DNA of 64,000 nt from a virus (taxonomy: Duplodnaviria > Caudoviricetes): positions 64,001 through 128,000 of IMG/VR virus record IMGVR_UViG_3300033070_001349; one strand, written 5' to 3'. Positions 8,401-18,562 of the stretch are shown here, in pieces; the stretch's first letter is position 1; each line of letters begins with the position of its first letter. Under the pieces are notes generated by a model. That model ran no database searches and was not told the origin of the DNA. It saw nothing but the letters and a program-made list of their open reading frames with translations. Made by a program: the position numbers and the translations under genes.

Positions 8401-9179
8401 GGGGGCCCCTCGTCGAGTGGGTCGAGCGGTGCCCGTCCGTGGCCGACGACGGCTCGAAGCGGTGGGAGTTCTACTCCGTCACCGGGGCCGTCCTCCGGGT
8501 GCACTCCACCCGCCGATGGAACCCCCTGTACCTGACGACGGCCCCGCCTGACACCCGGAACGACCCCCGCTCCTTCTCCCTCGACCTCCGAGCCCTCGGC
8601 GGCCCCGTTCTGACCGACTACTGTCGCTCGGTCCTCACCGCGAAGCGCAAGGCGGCAGCCCTCCTCCTCGAACGGCTCCCTGGGCTGTGGCCCAAACAGT
8701 GGGAGGCCCGCTACGAGGTGCTCCGGTGGGAGCCGGGGGCGTGGAACCCCCGAAAGGGCGTTTGGACCCCCGTCGCCCACACCCTCGACGCCGCCTCGGC
8801 CTTGGAGGTCGTCCTCACGGGCGGCGCCTTGTACGGCCTCCGCCGCGCCGGGGAGACTTCGCGCTACGCCTGGACGACCCAGGTCCCCCCTCGGTGGGTC
8901 GAGGGGGTCCCCTCCGTGGCGGTGACGCCCCTCGAACCCACCCGAGCCTTCGAGCTCTACACCACCGCCCGCCCGGAGCCCTACCGCTTCCTCGCGACGA
9001 AGGCCGACGGGACCGCCGGATGGTCGGTCGCGTCCCTCGACTTCTCGCCTCCCTACGACACCCTCTACAGATCCACCTTCACCGTCGAACCCCGGGCGGG
9101 GGTCGCCTACCTCGCGGGCAGCGCCACCCTCCCCGTCGAGCGGATCGTCGAAGTCACCTACCCCAAGGACCCCCCATGA
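8397..9179 (+). CDS. Hypothetical protein
   Basis: Overlapping start/stop coupling at both ends. Confidence 0.6.
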   Translation: MRGPLVEWVERCPSVADDGSKRWEFYSVTGAVLRVHSTRRWNPLYLTTAPPDTRNDPRSFSLDLRALGGPVLTDYCRSVLTAKRKAAALLLERLPGLWPKQWEARYEVLRWEPGAWNPRKGVWTPVAHTLDAASALEVVLTGGALYGLRRAGETSRYAWTTQVPPRWVEGVPSVAVTPLEPTRAFELYTTARPEPYRFLATKADGTAGWSVASLDFSPPYDTLYRSTFTVEPRAGVAYLAGSATLPVERIVEVTYPKDPP

Positions 9180-10651
9180 GCCTCGCCCCCGTCGCCCCCC
9201 CGATCGTCCTCCTCTGCGGCCCCAAGGGGTCCGGCAAGAGCACCCTGGCCGCCTCCCTCGTCCTCTGCGGCTGGTTCGAGCTCGCCTTCGCCGACCCCCT
9301 CAAGCGCTTCGTGAAGCAGCTCATCCCGACCCTCCCCGTGGACGTGCTCGCAGGGCCCTCGGCGGGCCGGGATGCCTACAGGGTCGACCTGACCCCGCTC
9401 CGCGGGAACGTGCGGCGCATGGTCATCGCGATCGACCACCTCTTCGAGTACGAGCTCGGGGAGACGGGGGTGGAGCTCGGGGCGGTCCTCCTCGCGAACC
9501 AGCTCGACCGGGTCCTCGCCTTCGAGCCCGACACGATCACCCTCCGACGGCTCCTCCAGGTGGTCGGCACCGAGTGGGGGCAGGAGAAGGTCGACCGGCT
9601 CCTCTGGGTCAAGACCACGGAGCGCAAGGTGTTGGCCCTCCGCGACGGGGGGCCCGAGATGGCGAAGCGCCTCTACCCGGTCAACGTATCGGCCCTCAAC
9701 GGCCGCCCACCGAAGGGCATCGTCCTCTCCGACGGCCGCTTCGATCACGAGTACGAGGCCGCCCGGTCCTGGGGAGCGACCCTCGTCCTCTGCGACCCCG
9801 GCGCCCGTCCCATCGACCTCCGCCAGAGCCACGTCTCCGAGCCCGAGGTCGCCGCCCTTCGCGCCAAGACCGACTGCACCGCCAACACCGCGGGCCCGGA
9901 GTACGGCGGCCCTCCGCCGGGCGAGCTCGCTCACCTCTTCGGGGTCCTGTGGGAGGCCGAAGACCGGAAGCGCATCGCGGCCGAGGAGCACCTGACGGGC
10001 GTCTACAAGCCCTCGGCCTTCGGCGAGCAGCTCATCGGGCGGGTGTGCAACAAGTGCGGGAGCTTCTACAAGCTCGGGCACGAGCCCCCGAAGGGCCGAT
10101 GCTGCGGCGCCCCGTGCATGAACTCGGGCTGCAACAACCCCGTCAACAACCCCTGGTCGGTATGCCACGGGTGCTCCCCCATCCCGAGCGCGAGGCACGA
10201 GGCGGAGACCTTCCTCAAGGCCACGGCCCTCGCCCACGACGCCGAGGCCGCCTCCGCTCCGGTCTACATCCCCTCGCAACTTCGTCAGGGCGCCCTGGCG
10301 AACGAGGGTTCCATGGGCGAGGGCTTCTACGCCTCCCTCGCCGAGCTCCGGGACTACTGCGCCGACCTCAAGGCACCCCTCCCCCCTTACGTCTACCCCT
10401 GCGACCAGAAGCGCCCGGAGGACGAGGTGGACGCCGACCGCTACATCGAAGAGGCCCTCGCGGAGCATCACTCGGAGGCCGCCGCCCACATCGGGCCGGG
10501 CCAGCGCGAGGTCCTCGGGGACTACCTCAAGGACTGGTGGAAGCAGACCGGCGTCTGCACCTGGACCCCGGACCGGAGCCGCGTCTTCATCCTCGACCCC
10601 GAGCGGTGCCCGAAGCCTGCGAGCCATGTGGCTCCCGCGGGGGCCCCGTGA
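9176..10651 (+). CDS. Deoxynucleoside monophosphate kinase (T4 gp1-like) with Cys-rich C-terminal extension
   Basis: LCGPKGSGKST P-loop, FADPLK, RRLLQVVGTEWG, SDGRFDHE, HVSE. Confidence 0.85.
   Translation: MSLAPVAPPIVLLCGPKGSGKSTLAASLVLCGWFELAFADPLKRFVKQLIPTLPVDVLAGPSAGRDAYRVDLTPLRGNVRRMVIAIDHLFEYELGETGVELGAVLLANQLDRVLAFEPDTITLRRLLQVVGTEWGQEKVDRLLWVKTTERKVLALRDGGPEMAKRLYPVNVSALNGRPPKGIVLSDGRFDHEYEAARSWGATLVLCDPGARPIDLRQSHVSEPEVAALRAKTDCTANTAGPEYGGPPPGELAHLFGVLWEAEDRKRIAAEEHLTGVYKPSAFGEQLIGRVCNKCGSFYKLGHEPPKGRCCGAPCMNSGCNNPVNNPWSVCHGCSPIPSARHEAETFLKATALAHDAEAASAPVYIPSQLRQGALANEGSMGEGFYASLAELRDYCADLKAPLPPYVYPCDQKRPEDEVDADRYIEEALAEHHSEAAAHIGPGQREVLGDYLKDWWKQTGVCTWTPDRSRVFILDPERCPKPASHVAPAGAP
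10620..10635. promoter_or_regulatory. 16-bp quasi-palindrome copy 2 CGAGCCATGTGGCTCC
   Basis: Dispersed motif. Confidence 0.7.
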
Positions 10652-10923
10652 TGGACCTCCCCGCCCAGGCCGAGTCCCCGACCGAAGAGGTCCTCCTCGC
10701 GCGCGTCGGGACGCTCCTCCGCCTCTACGACGGCATCATCGCCTCCGCCCCCGGCGCTGTGATCTACCTCGCGGCCTGTTGCGCCCGGGTGAGCCTGTCC
10801 CCCCAGCCTCAGACCCGGTGCTCCACCTGCCCGAAGACCCCCACGGTCCACCCGATCGCGTCGAGGGAGTCCCTCGAACAATCGGCCCCTGACCTCCTTC
10901 GTGCGGCGACGCCTCGACTCTGA
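10651..10923 (+). CDS. Hypothetical small Cys-containing protein
   Basis: TGATG coupling. Confidence 0.55.
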   Translation: MDLPAQAESPTEEVLLARVGTLLRLYDGIIASAPGAVIYLAACCARVSLSPQPQTRCSTCPKTPTVHPIASRESLEQSAPDLLRAATPRL

Positions 10924-10950
10924 GCCGCCCGAGGGGTTATCGTAGACCCC

Positions 10951-11394
10951 ATGAACGACCGACTCGATCGACTCCGCAGGACGGGAACCGCCAAGGCCCT
11001 CGGCGCCGTGGGCCTCGGCGCTCAGGGCTCCTTCCGCGACAAGATGCACGAAGACGAGCAGGGGATCGTCCGGGTGGCGGACGACCTCCGCGGGCTCCCC
11101 TCCGGCGAGACCTCGATCGAGGAGCTCCGCGAGAACGCCGACCAGGACAACGTCTTCGGCGTGAGCATGGCCGAGCTCCGGGCCCTCTCGGGCATCCCCG
11201 ACCCCTTCGGCCCGGTGAAGTTCACCTCCGAGGGGCTCGACAACTCCGAGCTCGAAGTCTTCCGTGACACCCGGAACCACGGCGAGAGGGACCCCGACCG
11301 CCGCCGCGCGATCGTCGAGCGGGTCAACACGATGCCGGTGGTCGACCCGGTCGACGACCGGCCCCGCGTCTACAACGGCCGCGACTACCGCTAG
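10951..11394 (+). CDS. Hypothetical protein
   Basis: GC3-rich ORF. Confidence 0.6.
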   Translation: MNDRLDRLRRTGTAKALGAVGLGAQGSFRDKMHEDEQGIVRVADDLRGLPSGETSIEELRENADQDNVFGVSMAELRALSGIPDPFGPVKFTSEGLDNSELEVFRDTRNHGERDPDRRRAIVERVNTMPVVDPVDDRPRVYNGRDYR

Positions 11395-11426
11395 ACCCCG
11401 TCCGTCCCATGCGCTAGGTTGCGGCC

Positions 11427-12104
11427 GTGCGTCGCGCCAAAGTGCCGGTCCTGCCCGGTCAACAACTCCTCCTCGCCCGGCCGGACTTCGATGGCCCGAC
11501 CGGGCTCGTGGCCCTCGAAAAGCTCAAGGCCAAGGCGACCGGGTGCCAGCTATGCGCCCTCTGCGAGAGCCGGACTCGGGTGGTGTTCGGGGTCGGCCCG
11601 CACGACCGCCCCAAGCTCGCGATCGTGGGCGAGGGCCCGGGGGCGAGCGAGGACGACCAGGGGGAGCCCTTCGTCGGCCGCTCAGGAGCCCTCCTCACGC
11701 GGATGCTCGCCGCGGCCGGGGTCCGCCGGGCAGACGTGTTCATCACCAACGCGGTCCTCTGCCGCCCGGACGGGAACCGAACCCCCACGGCGGCCGAGCT
11801 CGACGCCTGCAAGCCCTTCCTCGAAGGCCAGCTTCGGGCGGTCAACCCCAAGGCCATCCTCGCCCTCGGCAAGACCGCGGCGATGCGGCTCACCGGCTCC
11901 GACGAGTCGGTCCACTACATGCGGGGGAGGTGGCACAAGTTCGGGGCGACCCCGGTGCGCGTCTCGTGGCACCCGGCCTACATCCTTCGGCGAGACGCCG
12001 AGGACGGGGGCAAGGCCCGGTGGGAGGCGTGGGACGACCTGTGCGCCGTCCTCGAACACCTTGGGCTCCCCGTGCCCGAGAAGACCCGCCCGGGGGCCGA
12101 GTAG
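11427..12104 (+). CDS. udg: Uracil-DNA glycosylase family 4 (Fe-S)
   Basis: CQLCALC, VGEGPG..ED.QGEPFVG.SG, ITNAVLCRP..NR.P, WHPAY. Confidence 0.93.
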   Translation: MRRAKVPVLPGQQLLLARPDFDGPTGLVALEKLKAKATGCQLCALCESRTRVVFGVGPHDRPKLAIVGEGPGASEDDQGEPFVGRSGALLTRMLAAAGVRRADVFITNAVLCRPDGNRTPTAAELDACKPFLEGQLRAVNPKAILALGKTAAMRLTGSDESVHYMRGRWHKFGATPVRVSWHPAYILRRDAEDGGKARWEAWDDLCAVLEHLGLPVPEKTRPGAE

Positions 12105-13019
12105 GTGGCCCCGCCCGACAGGGTCACCCCCGCCGACCTACGTGCGGCCTTCGAGCGAGGGCTCTCCCCCGACGAGGCGATGGAGTGGGTCCGCCAGGAA
12201 GAGCTCACCCGATGGAGGGAGGCGATCAACCGGAGCCCCGTCTACGCCCAGGCCTTCTCCAGGGTGGTGCTCTTGCACCGACCCGACGTGGTCGAAGAGG
12301 TCCTCGCCTTCCTCCGACCCGAGGCCTCCGAGCCGGACCCGGAACCCAACCCGGACCCCGTCCCGGAGCGGGTTTCAGAGGCGGACCTCCTCGAAGCCAT
12401 CGAGTCAGAGCCCGACAACGGGCGCCTCCGGGCGTGGATACACCGAGCGGAGCTCACCCGATGGCAGGACCGCATCCGGTCCGACAGGACCCTGTTCCAG
12501 GCCCTCGAACGGGTGCTCTATCTCCACGACCCCTCGATCCCCGACGAGGTCTCCGACGCCCTGAGGGCCATGACCGGACCCGCCCCGACGGAGGACCCCG
12601 AGCACTCGACCGAGGGGGCCCTCCGGTCGCACGTCCTCGACCGCCTGAAGGAGATCGCTGAGTGGGGGATGACCGAGGACGCCGAGGGGAACCCGGTTCA
12701 GACCCGGGGCGGGATGGTCGCTCGCCTGAACTACCTCCGGGACGAGCTCGCGTGCCCGAGCGACGACTCCAACCACCCTGACCTCCGCCGGATCCTCGAC
12801 GCCGACGAGGCTGTCCGCGGCCTCCCGGTGAAGACGACCCCCCTCGTGACACACGGGCAACACGGGGCCCGGCACGAGCTCGTGTCCCTGCCGTGGGGGA
12901 TCGGGTGGTGCCGGAGGTGCGGCGTCCTCGTCCGCCGCGGGGAGACCTTCCGCTACTACGCCCCCGGGATCGGCGAGGTCTCCGCCGACCCCCTCTGCCC
13001 CACGACCAAGGACCCATGA
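12105..13019 (+). CDS. Hypothetical protein with tandem duplicated helical domain and C-terminal CxxC
   Basis: ELTRWREAINRS..YAQAFSRVVLLHRP / ELTRWQDRIRSD..LFQALERVLYLHDP. Confidence 0.6.
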   Translation: MAPPDRVTPADLRAAFERGLSPDEAMEWVRQEELTRWREAINRSPVYAQAFSRVVLLHRPDVVEEVLAFLRPEASEPDPEPNPDPVPERVSEADLLEAIESEPDNGRLRAWIHRAELTRWQDRIRSDRTLFQALERVLYLHDPSIPDEVSDALRAMTGPAPTEDPEHSTEGALRSHVLDRLKEIAEWGMTEDAEGNPVQTRGGMVARLNYLRDELACPSDDSNHPDLRRILDADEAVRGLPVKTTPLVTHGQHGARHELVSLPWGIGWCRRCGVLVRRGETFRYYAPGIGEVSADPLCPTTKDP

Positions 13020-13423
13020 TCGACTTCACGACCCTCGTCACCGGATCCCAGCTCCTCGCGCACCTCTGGGGGGACTACATCCTCCAGACCGACACCATGG
13101 CGAAGCGCAAGACCACGAGCCTCCCGATCGCGCTCCTCCACGCGCTCTTCTACGGGCTCCCCTTCCTCTTCCTGCGCCCGACCCTCGCCGCCTGGGCGGT
13201 CCTCGTCGGGAGCCACGCCGTGATCGACCGCTACCGGCTCGCGCGGTACCTCGTGTGGGGGAAGGAGTGGCTCACAGCCCCCCTCGAACGCCCGAAGCCC
13301 CTCTCGGAGTGCCCCACCGGGTACCCGAAAGACAAGCCCGACTTCCTCGCCACATGGCTTCTTATCCTGGCCGACAACACGCTCCACATCACCCTCAACG
13401 CACTGGCGCTCCGTCTCCTCTGA
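13016..13423 (+). CDS. DUF3307 membrane protein
   Basis: LAHLWGDYILQT..MA..K, H...Y, SHAVID, ADNTLH. Confidence 0.85.
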   Translation: MIDFTTLVTGSQLLAHLWGDYILQTDTMAKRKTTSLPIALLHALFYGLPFLFLRPTLAAWAVLVGSHAVIDRYRLARYLVWGKEWLTAPLERPKPLSECPTGYPKDKPDFLATWLLILADNTLHITLNALALRLL

Positions 13424-13491
13424 GCCTCGTGACGTGCTAGATAGGCGGGCCATCTTGCGCGGGATCCCGGGGGCGTAGTACGTTTCCGGGC

Positions 13492-13767
13492 ATGAGCACG
13501 CACAAGACCGACCGATGCCCCCTCTGCGGGAAGGAGAACCTCCCGGAGACCCCGCTGGCGGAGATCAAGCTCTACTCGCTAGGTCCCCGCGGCGGTGTGC
13601 GGGACGCCAAGGCGTGGGGGGTGGTTCACGAGTCCTGCCTGATGAGCCGCATCGGAGGTGTGCCGCTGCTTCAGGAGCTCAAGGGGATCACCCGGAGCCA
13701 CAACCGCCGGATGCGGAAGGTGTCCGCCCCGGCGACGGCCGTCGAGCCCGCCCCCGAGCCCTCGTGA
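13492..13767 (+). CDS. Hypothetical Zn-binding protein
   Basis: CPLC...HESC. Confidence 0.55.
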   Translation: MSTHKTDRCPLCGKENLPETPLAEIKLYSLGPRGGVRDAKAWGVVHESCLMSRIGGVPLLQELKGITRSHNRRMRKVSAPATAVEPAPEPS

Positions 13768-14042
13768 TGGACTTCTCGGCCAGGATCGAGACCGACGTGG
13801 AGGTCGACGGGACCCCGCGGACCTCGCCCCGCTTCCCCATCCTCGTGCGCGAGCGAAAGCTCCGGGCCTGCCAGGAGCGGATGGGCCGAGATACGTGCAC
13901 CGGCTGCACGATGGAGACCCACTGCCAGCTACGCTCCGACCACCTCCACGACGTGCGGGTCCTCCTCCCCGACATCGAGGCGGCCGAGAAGAAGGCCGGG
14001 CTCAAGGCTGCGGACGCCAACGTGTGGCTCAAGATGCTCTAG
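13767..14042 (+). CDS. Hypothetical Cys-rich protein
   Basis: TGATG coupling; C..CTGC....C. Confidence 0.55.
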   Translation: MDFSARIETDVEVDGTPRTSPRFPILVRERKLRACQERMGRDTCTGCTMETHCQLRSDHLHDVRVLLPDIEAAEKKAGLKAADANVWLKML

Positions 14043-14052
14043 GCTCCCTCCC

Positions 14053-14706
14053 ATGCCCAACCTCCTACGCGCCCTTCGCGGCCACTGGATCCGCTTCACG
14101 ATGACAACCCCCCTCGACCGGATGACCCCCACCGAGCTCGCCCTGTGCCACGAGGCCGCCGACCGCGTCCCCGTGCCCTTCGACGAGTGGGTCAAGCTGA
14201 ACCTCCTCGCCTCCCTTCCCCCTGACCTCCGGGCCGCCGCCAGCGCCGCCAGTGCCCCGAGCCCCCCTGCGATCGAGGCCGCCTACCAGGAGCTCGACCG
14301 GGTGCAGCGCCTCGACGAGGTCGACCTCGCCCTCGACGAGATGGCGCGGGCGGACGAGGAGGGCGACGGGAGCCCCATCTTCGGTCTCCCGCCCGCGAGC
14401 CCCTCGGCCGCCGCCCCGCCCGTCCCCTCGGCCGCCGTCGAGGCGCACTCGCGGATCCTCGGGGGGACCCCCCAGGCCGCCCTCTCCTCGTCCTCCACGG
14501 ACCAGATCCACCCCTGCCGCTTCCACGAGCGCCGGTACCTCACCGGGTTCAGCCCCCGGGACTCGGCCGGTACGTGCGTGTGCCCCGGGCGTGGGGGCGG
14601 CGAGACCGTATGCAACTGGAGCGGCCCATCGGCGCGCTCCTGTGCGCACTTCGGGACCAAGGTCCACCCCATGCCCGCCGCGCACCCCGTCCCCCGGCAG
14701 TCCTAG
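14053..14706 (+). CDS. Hypothetical protein with Cys-rich C-terminus
   Basis: GC3-rich ORF. Confidence 0.55.
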   Translation: MPNLLRALRGHWIRFTMTTPLDRMTPTELALCHEAADRVPVPFDEWVKLNLLASLPPDLRAAASAASAPSPPAIEAAYQELDRVQRLDEVDLALDEMARADEEGDGSPIFGLPPASPSAAAPPVPSAAVEAHSRILGGTPQAALSSSSTDQIHPCRFHERRYLTGFSPRDSAGTCVCPGRGGGETVCNWSGPSARSCAHFGTKVHPMPAAHPVPRQS

Positions 14707-14735
14707 CCGCCCTCCCTCGATTCCTCTACCCGTCG

Positions 14736-14764
14736 TTGACAACTCCCGTTTTGTCGTATAGATA
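14736..14764 (+). promoter_or_regulatory. Promoter TTGACA-N17-TAGATA upstream of the replication operon
   Basis: Seen directly. Confidence 0.6.
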
Positions 14765-14882
14765 CGATCGAACGGCGGTCAGCTAGCGGACGTTCGTACC
14801 CGAGCCACCACCGCGAATATTCTGCGCGACCGCGCCCCCTGTCCACGGGCGTAGCGGGTCGAGTATACGGACGGGGCTGTTC

Positions 14883-14898
14883 GGAGCCACATGGCTCC
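14883..14898. promoter_or_regulatory. 16-bp quasi-palindrome copy 3 GGAGCCACATGGCTCC (leader of initiator gene)
   Basis: Dispersed motif, intergenic. Confidence 0.75.
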
Positions 14899-14930
14899 GG
14901 GGCGAACCACCACGGGAGAGCACGAGGGAC

Positions 14931-16385
14931 ATGCAGACCGAGCGCGGCGAGTTCTACATCCGGCACGACTACAACTTCTACGACTCGGGCATCCTCGCGG
15001 CCCTTCCACACGCGGCCGTCCTCGTCTACGACCTCCTCCGGCGCTTCGTGTGGCGCTCGGACAGCCCCCAGAAGCCCCTCGTGGCCGCGCTCCGGGCGGA
15101 GGGCTACGTGGTGTCCTCGGCGAGCCAATCGACCCTCGCGGCGCTCCTCGGATACGAACGGCCCAAGACGGTATCGGACAACCTCCTCGCGCTGAAGCGA
15201 CTCGGGTGGGTCCGCACGGTCCAGAGCCGCGGCGGGGAGACCGCCTACGTCCTCGGGGAGATGACCCGGGACGGGATGGGGAACCGCTACGAGGGCTTCT
15301 ACGCCGATGCCATGGGGCGGCTCCTCCTCGACGACCTCGAAGCGGAGGCCAAGAGCAAGCACGGCCCCAGCGCCTCCCTCTACGCCCTCCCCGCCGCCGA
15401 ACGGGCATCCCTCTGTCGGGCGTTCCTTCTCCCGATCCTCGACGACAAGGGGGAGGTGTCGGTCGAATACCGCGGAGAGAACTCGATCGCCCCTGCCACC
15501 CCCCCTGGCGGAAATCCGCCACCCCCCCTGGCGGAAATCCGCCACCCCCCCTGGCGGAAATCCGCCAACGGGAACAGGGAGGGTACTTCGTACCCTCCCC
15601 CTAATGCTGAGAACCCCCTAAACCCCTCGGGTTCTCGGGGGTCTTCGACCCCCTCCGAGCCCGGGGGAGGGGTCCCTCCGGGACAGACCACCTCCCCCTC
15701 CTCGGGGGAGTCCGATCCCTCCGGGGGTCTCCCGGTTCCCCCCGTAACCCCTCCGGCTCGTCTCGCTCCGCTCGACGAGAGCGAAGAGGAGGCCGCCGAT
15801 GGTGCGAAGGGAGGCACGCCTCCCACTGGCGCCGCGACCGCGAGCCGCCGCAAGCCCACGATCCTCCCGGACCTCACCCGGAAGCGGCAGGAGTTCGCGG
15901 AGGCGTCCAAGGCCGCCGCCACGCATCACCTCCGGGAGGACTCGAAGGCGGAGCGGATGACGGCGTCCCGAAAGGGCCAGGGCTCCGACAGCAAGAAAGT
16001 CACGGCCGACATCGCCAAGCTGGAGGGGGTGTGGATCGAGAAGCTCTCCGAGCTCTTCCCCGGCGTGGTGGTCGGGGGGTGGTCGGTCGCGGACAAGGTC
16101 CAGATCAAGCAACTCCTCGGGCGCTACGCCGTCGAGGTCCTCTCCGACACCCTCGCCTACGTCCTCCGGGAGTGGGGGGCCATCAACACCCGGATTTTCA
16201 AGGGGACCGCGAAGGTGCCCTCCGTGCCGCTCATCGCCCGGATGCACACCACGTTCGTCACGGAGGCCCAGCTCCACGCCCGGAGTGCCGCGGCCAAGGA
16301 AGAGATCGACCGCTGGGTCGCCGAGCACCCCTACGAGGCGGTCCCCGAGGCGATGATCCATCGGTGGAAGGGAACGAGCGCATGA
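14931..16385 (+). CDS. Putative replication initiator (N-terminal wHTH, internal iterons)
   Basis: AVLVYDLL...SQSTLAALLG..RPKTVSDNLLALKRLGWV wHTH; internal tandem repeats; followed by loader and helicase. Confidence 0.75.
   Translation: MQTERGEFYIRHDYNFYDSGILAALPHAAVLVYDLLRRFVWRSDSPQKPLVAALRAEGYVVSSASQSTLAALLGYERPKTVSDNLLALKRLGWVRTVQSRGGETAYVLGEMTRDGMGNRYEGFYADAMGRLLLDDLEAEAKSKHGPSASLYALPAAERASLCRAFLLPILDDKGEVSVEYRGENSIAPATPPGGNPPPPLAEIRHPPWRKSANGNREGTSYPPPNAENPLNPSGSRGSSTPSEPGGGVPPGQTTSPSSGESDPSGGLPVPPVTPPARLAPLDESEEEAADGAKGGTPPTGAATASRRKPTILPDLTRKRQEFAEASKAAATHHLREDSKAERMTASRKGQGSDSKKVTADIAKLEGVWIEKLSELFPGVVVGGWSVADKVQIKQLLGRYAVEVLSDTLAYVLREWGAINTRIFKGTAKVPSVPLIARMHTTFVTEAQLHARSAAAKEEIDRWVAEHPYEAVPEAMIHRWKGTSA
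15495..15567 (+). repeat. Three exact 23-bp direct repeats GCCACCCCCCCTGGCGGAAATCC (putative origin iterons)
   Basis: Units 15495-15517, 15518-15540, 15541-15563 plus GCCA; the array forms three TGGCGGA-AA-TCCGCCA palindromes, each spanning a unit boundary. Confidence 0.85.
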
Positions 16386-17038
16386 AGCCCGTCGTCAAGC
16401 CACGCCCCCTGGAACGGGGCGACCTCGAACGCATGTGCCTCCCCGAGTCCCTCTGGCGGGTCCGGGCGGACGGCCTCCCCGGGCCCGCCGTGGCGGCCCT
16501 GCGGTCGTACGCCGCCAAGGTCGACGCCCTGGCCCCCAAGGGGGTCGGGATCGTCTTCCTCGGCCCCCAGGGGGTCGGCAAGACCTCCCTGGCGTCCATC
16601 CTCCTCCGCGAGCTCCGGCCCCGGGGCTACTCGGGGCTCTTCCTCACGGCGTGGGACTTCAGGGAGTTCACCCGCGGCAAGGTGCCCTTCGACGGGGAGC
16701 AGCTCTACGGCGAGCGTGCCAGGACGGTCGACCTCCTCGTCCTCGACAACCTCACGGAGCTCGACGGGCAGGACGTGGCCTGGGGGAAGCGCCCGATCGA
16801 GGAGCTCCTCTCCTCCAGGGCCTCCCTCGGGCGGCCCACCATCGTCACCACCCGGATCGGGAGCTCGGAGCTTGCCTCGGGGGCGTGGCGAGGACTCCTC
16901 CCCCTCGGCCGCCTCGTCCCGGTCCCCGTGGTGGGCCCTGACCTGTCCGCCGTGACCCTCAAGCTCGCGGGGGAGGCCCTCCTCGGCCCCCCGCCGAAAT
17001 CCACGATGCCCCCCACCTCCCAGTCGGTGAAGCGATGA
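16382..17038 (+). CDS. DnaC/IstB-like AAA+ helicase loader
   Basis: GPQGVGKT Walker A, LLVLDNL Walker B, R..LGRPTIVTT. Confidence 0.85.
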   Translation: MKPVVKPRPLERGDLERMCLPESLWRVRADGLPGPAVAALRSYAAKVDALAPKGVGIVFLGPQGVGKTSLASILLRELRPRGYSGLFLTAWDFREFTRGKVPFDGEQLYGERARTVDLLVLDNLTELDGQDVAWGKRPIEELLSSRASLGRPTIVTTRIGSSELASGAWRGLLPLGRLVPVPVVGPDLSAVTLKLAGEALLGPPPKSTMPPTSQSVKR

Positions 17039-18516
17039 GCGACAACCCCTTCGGCGTCGAGGACGACTCGGACCTCGACGACGGCCCCAACCCCTTCGGG
17101 GCTTCTCCGGGCCCGTCCGCACTCGCCGGGGTCGACCTCGACCTCGCCGTGGTGCTCTCGATCCTCCGCTCCAAGAACCCCCGCGCGAGCTACCTCGAAG
17201 CCGTGGCCCGCGGGCTCAACTCGGACCGTCTGGAGGGGGACGGCCGGGCCATCTTCCTCTTCGCGGAGTCGCACCTGAAGGAGTACGGGTCTCTCCCCGG
17301 GCGGGACCAGATCGCCGCCACGCTCGGGCTCGTGACCCCCGAGGACCCGCCCGAGGGGACCCCCTCCTTCTGGGTCGCCGAGGCCCTCTCCCGGGACCTC
17401 CACCGCGAGATGGCCGGTCGCCTCTCCGGGTGGGCCGGGGACCTCGAACACCGCAACCCCCGCAAGGCCTTCGAGGAGATGAGGGCCTGGGTTCGGGAGC
17501 GAGACCGGGACGCGAGCCCCATCCTCCTCTCGCCGTTCTCGGACCACCTCGCCGAGGTCAAGGCCCGCTACCTCCGCCGGAAGGCGGGCGAGCGTGGCAT
17601 CCAGACCCCGTGGCCGTCGGTCAACAAGCTCACCTACGGGATCTACCCCGAACAGGTGTGGCTCGTCGTCGCCCGCTCCGGCGTCGGCAAGACGTGGATG
17701 GCCCTGGCGGTCGCGATAGGCGCGTGGCTCGCCGGGTATCGCGTGCTCGTGGTGACCACGGAGATGGGCCTCATCGAGATCGTGCACCGGGCCGTGGCCG
17801 CCCGCCTCCAGCTCCCCTACGGGAAGTTCAACGAAGGCTCCCTGCCGGAGCACATCGAGACGCGCTTCTTCGCCGAGGTCGACGCCGCCTTCGAGGGCGG
17901 GGAGATCATGGGCGTGGGGGGCGACTTCGACTTCTCGATCGACGCCTACGAGGCCGCCGTCGACAAGGCGCGGCCCTCTGACCCGAAGAAGAAGCTCCTC
18001 GTGGTCGGCGACGGGGCCTACCTCCTCCAGGCGCCCGGGAAGAGCCCGGTGGAGAAGGCCGCCGCGGTCTACAACCAGATCAAGCGGATCGGGAAGCGCT
18101 ACGGGGCGGGCCAGCTCCTCACCACGCAGTACAACCGCGAGGTCAAGGCCGACGACGCCAAGACCCAGTCCCAGGAGCGCATCGCGCAGACCGACTCCGC
18201 GGTGTGGGTCTCGTCCGTCGTGGCGGGCCTCGTTCAGACCAAGGACATGCGCCGGGACCGGGTGGCCCAGCTCAAGCTCCTCAAGAACCGCGAGGGCCCG
18301 CTCGGGGAGACCCTCACGGTCAACTTCGACTTCGAGGCCATGGACTTCACCGAGCAGACCCCCGACGCCGACGCCCCCGGGGACTTCGACCCGAAGCTCC
18401 ATCCCGCGAGCCATGTGGCTCCGGGGGTGTCGGGGCCCTCGGCCCCGATCGACGGCGACCCCTTCGCGGCCTTCGCCGCCGCGCCGATCGACCCGGTCGG
18501 GGACGTGCCCTTCTGA
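17035..18516 (+). CDS. dnaB: DnaB-like replicative helicase
   Basis: GIQTPW..VN..TYG, ARSGVGKT, TTEM, DGAYL, QYNRE, LLKNREG. Confidence 0.9.
   Translation: MSDNPFGVEDDSDLDDGPNPFGASPGPSALAGVDLDLAVVLSILRSKNPRASYLEAVARGLNSDRLEGDGRAIFLFAESHLKEYGSLPGRDQIAATLGLVTPEDPPEGTPSFWVAEALSRDLHREMAGRLSGWAGDLEHRNPRKAFEEMRAWVRERDRDASPILLSPFSDHLAEVKARYLRRKAGERGIQTPWPSVNKLTYGIYPEQVWLVVARSGVGKTWMALAVAIGAWLAGYRVLVVTTEMGLIEIVHRAVAARLQLPYGKFNEGSLPEHIETRFFAEVDAAFEGGEIMGVGGDFDFSIDAYEAAVDKARPSDPKKKLLVVGDGAYLLQAPGKSPVEKAAAVYNQIKRIGKRYGAGQLLTTQYNREVKADDAKTQSQERIAQTDSAVWVSSVVAGLVQTKDMRRDRVAQLKLLKNREGPLGETLTVNFDFEAMDFTEQTPDADAPGDFDPKLHPASHVAPGVSGPSAPIDGDPFAAFAAAPIDPVGDVPF
18407..18422. promoter_or_regulatory. 16-bp quasi-palindrome copy 4 CGAGCCATGTGGCTCC
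   Basis: Dispersed motif in DnaB tail. Confidence 0.7.
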
Positions 18517-18562
18517 CCGGACCCCTTGACCCCCGTCGCGGGCTCAAGGTACCCCCGAGGTC

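Noticed and set aside
13346-13361. Partial match to the 16-bp motif (CTCGCCACATGGCTTC); also 26890-26905
   Set aside because: Only the core or one arm matches; not counted among the ten copies
15495-15567. 23-bp repeats as a CRISPR array
   Set aside because: Head-to-tail with no spacers; located inside an initiator-like gene
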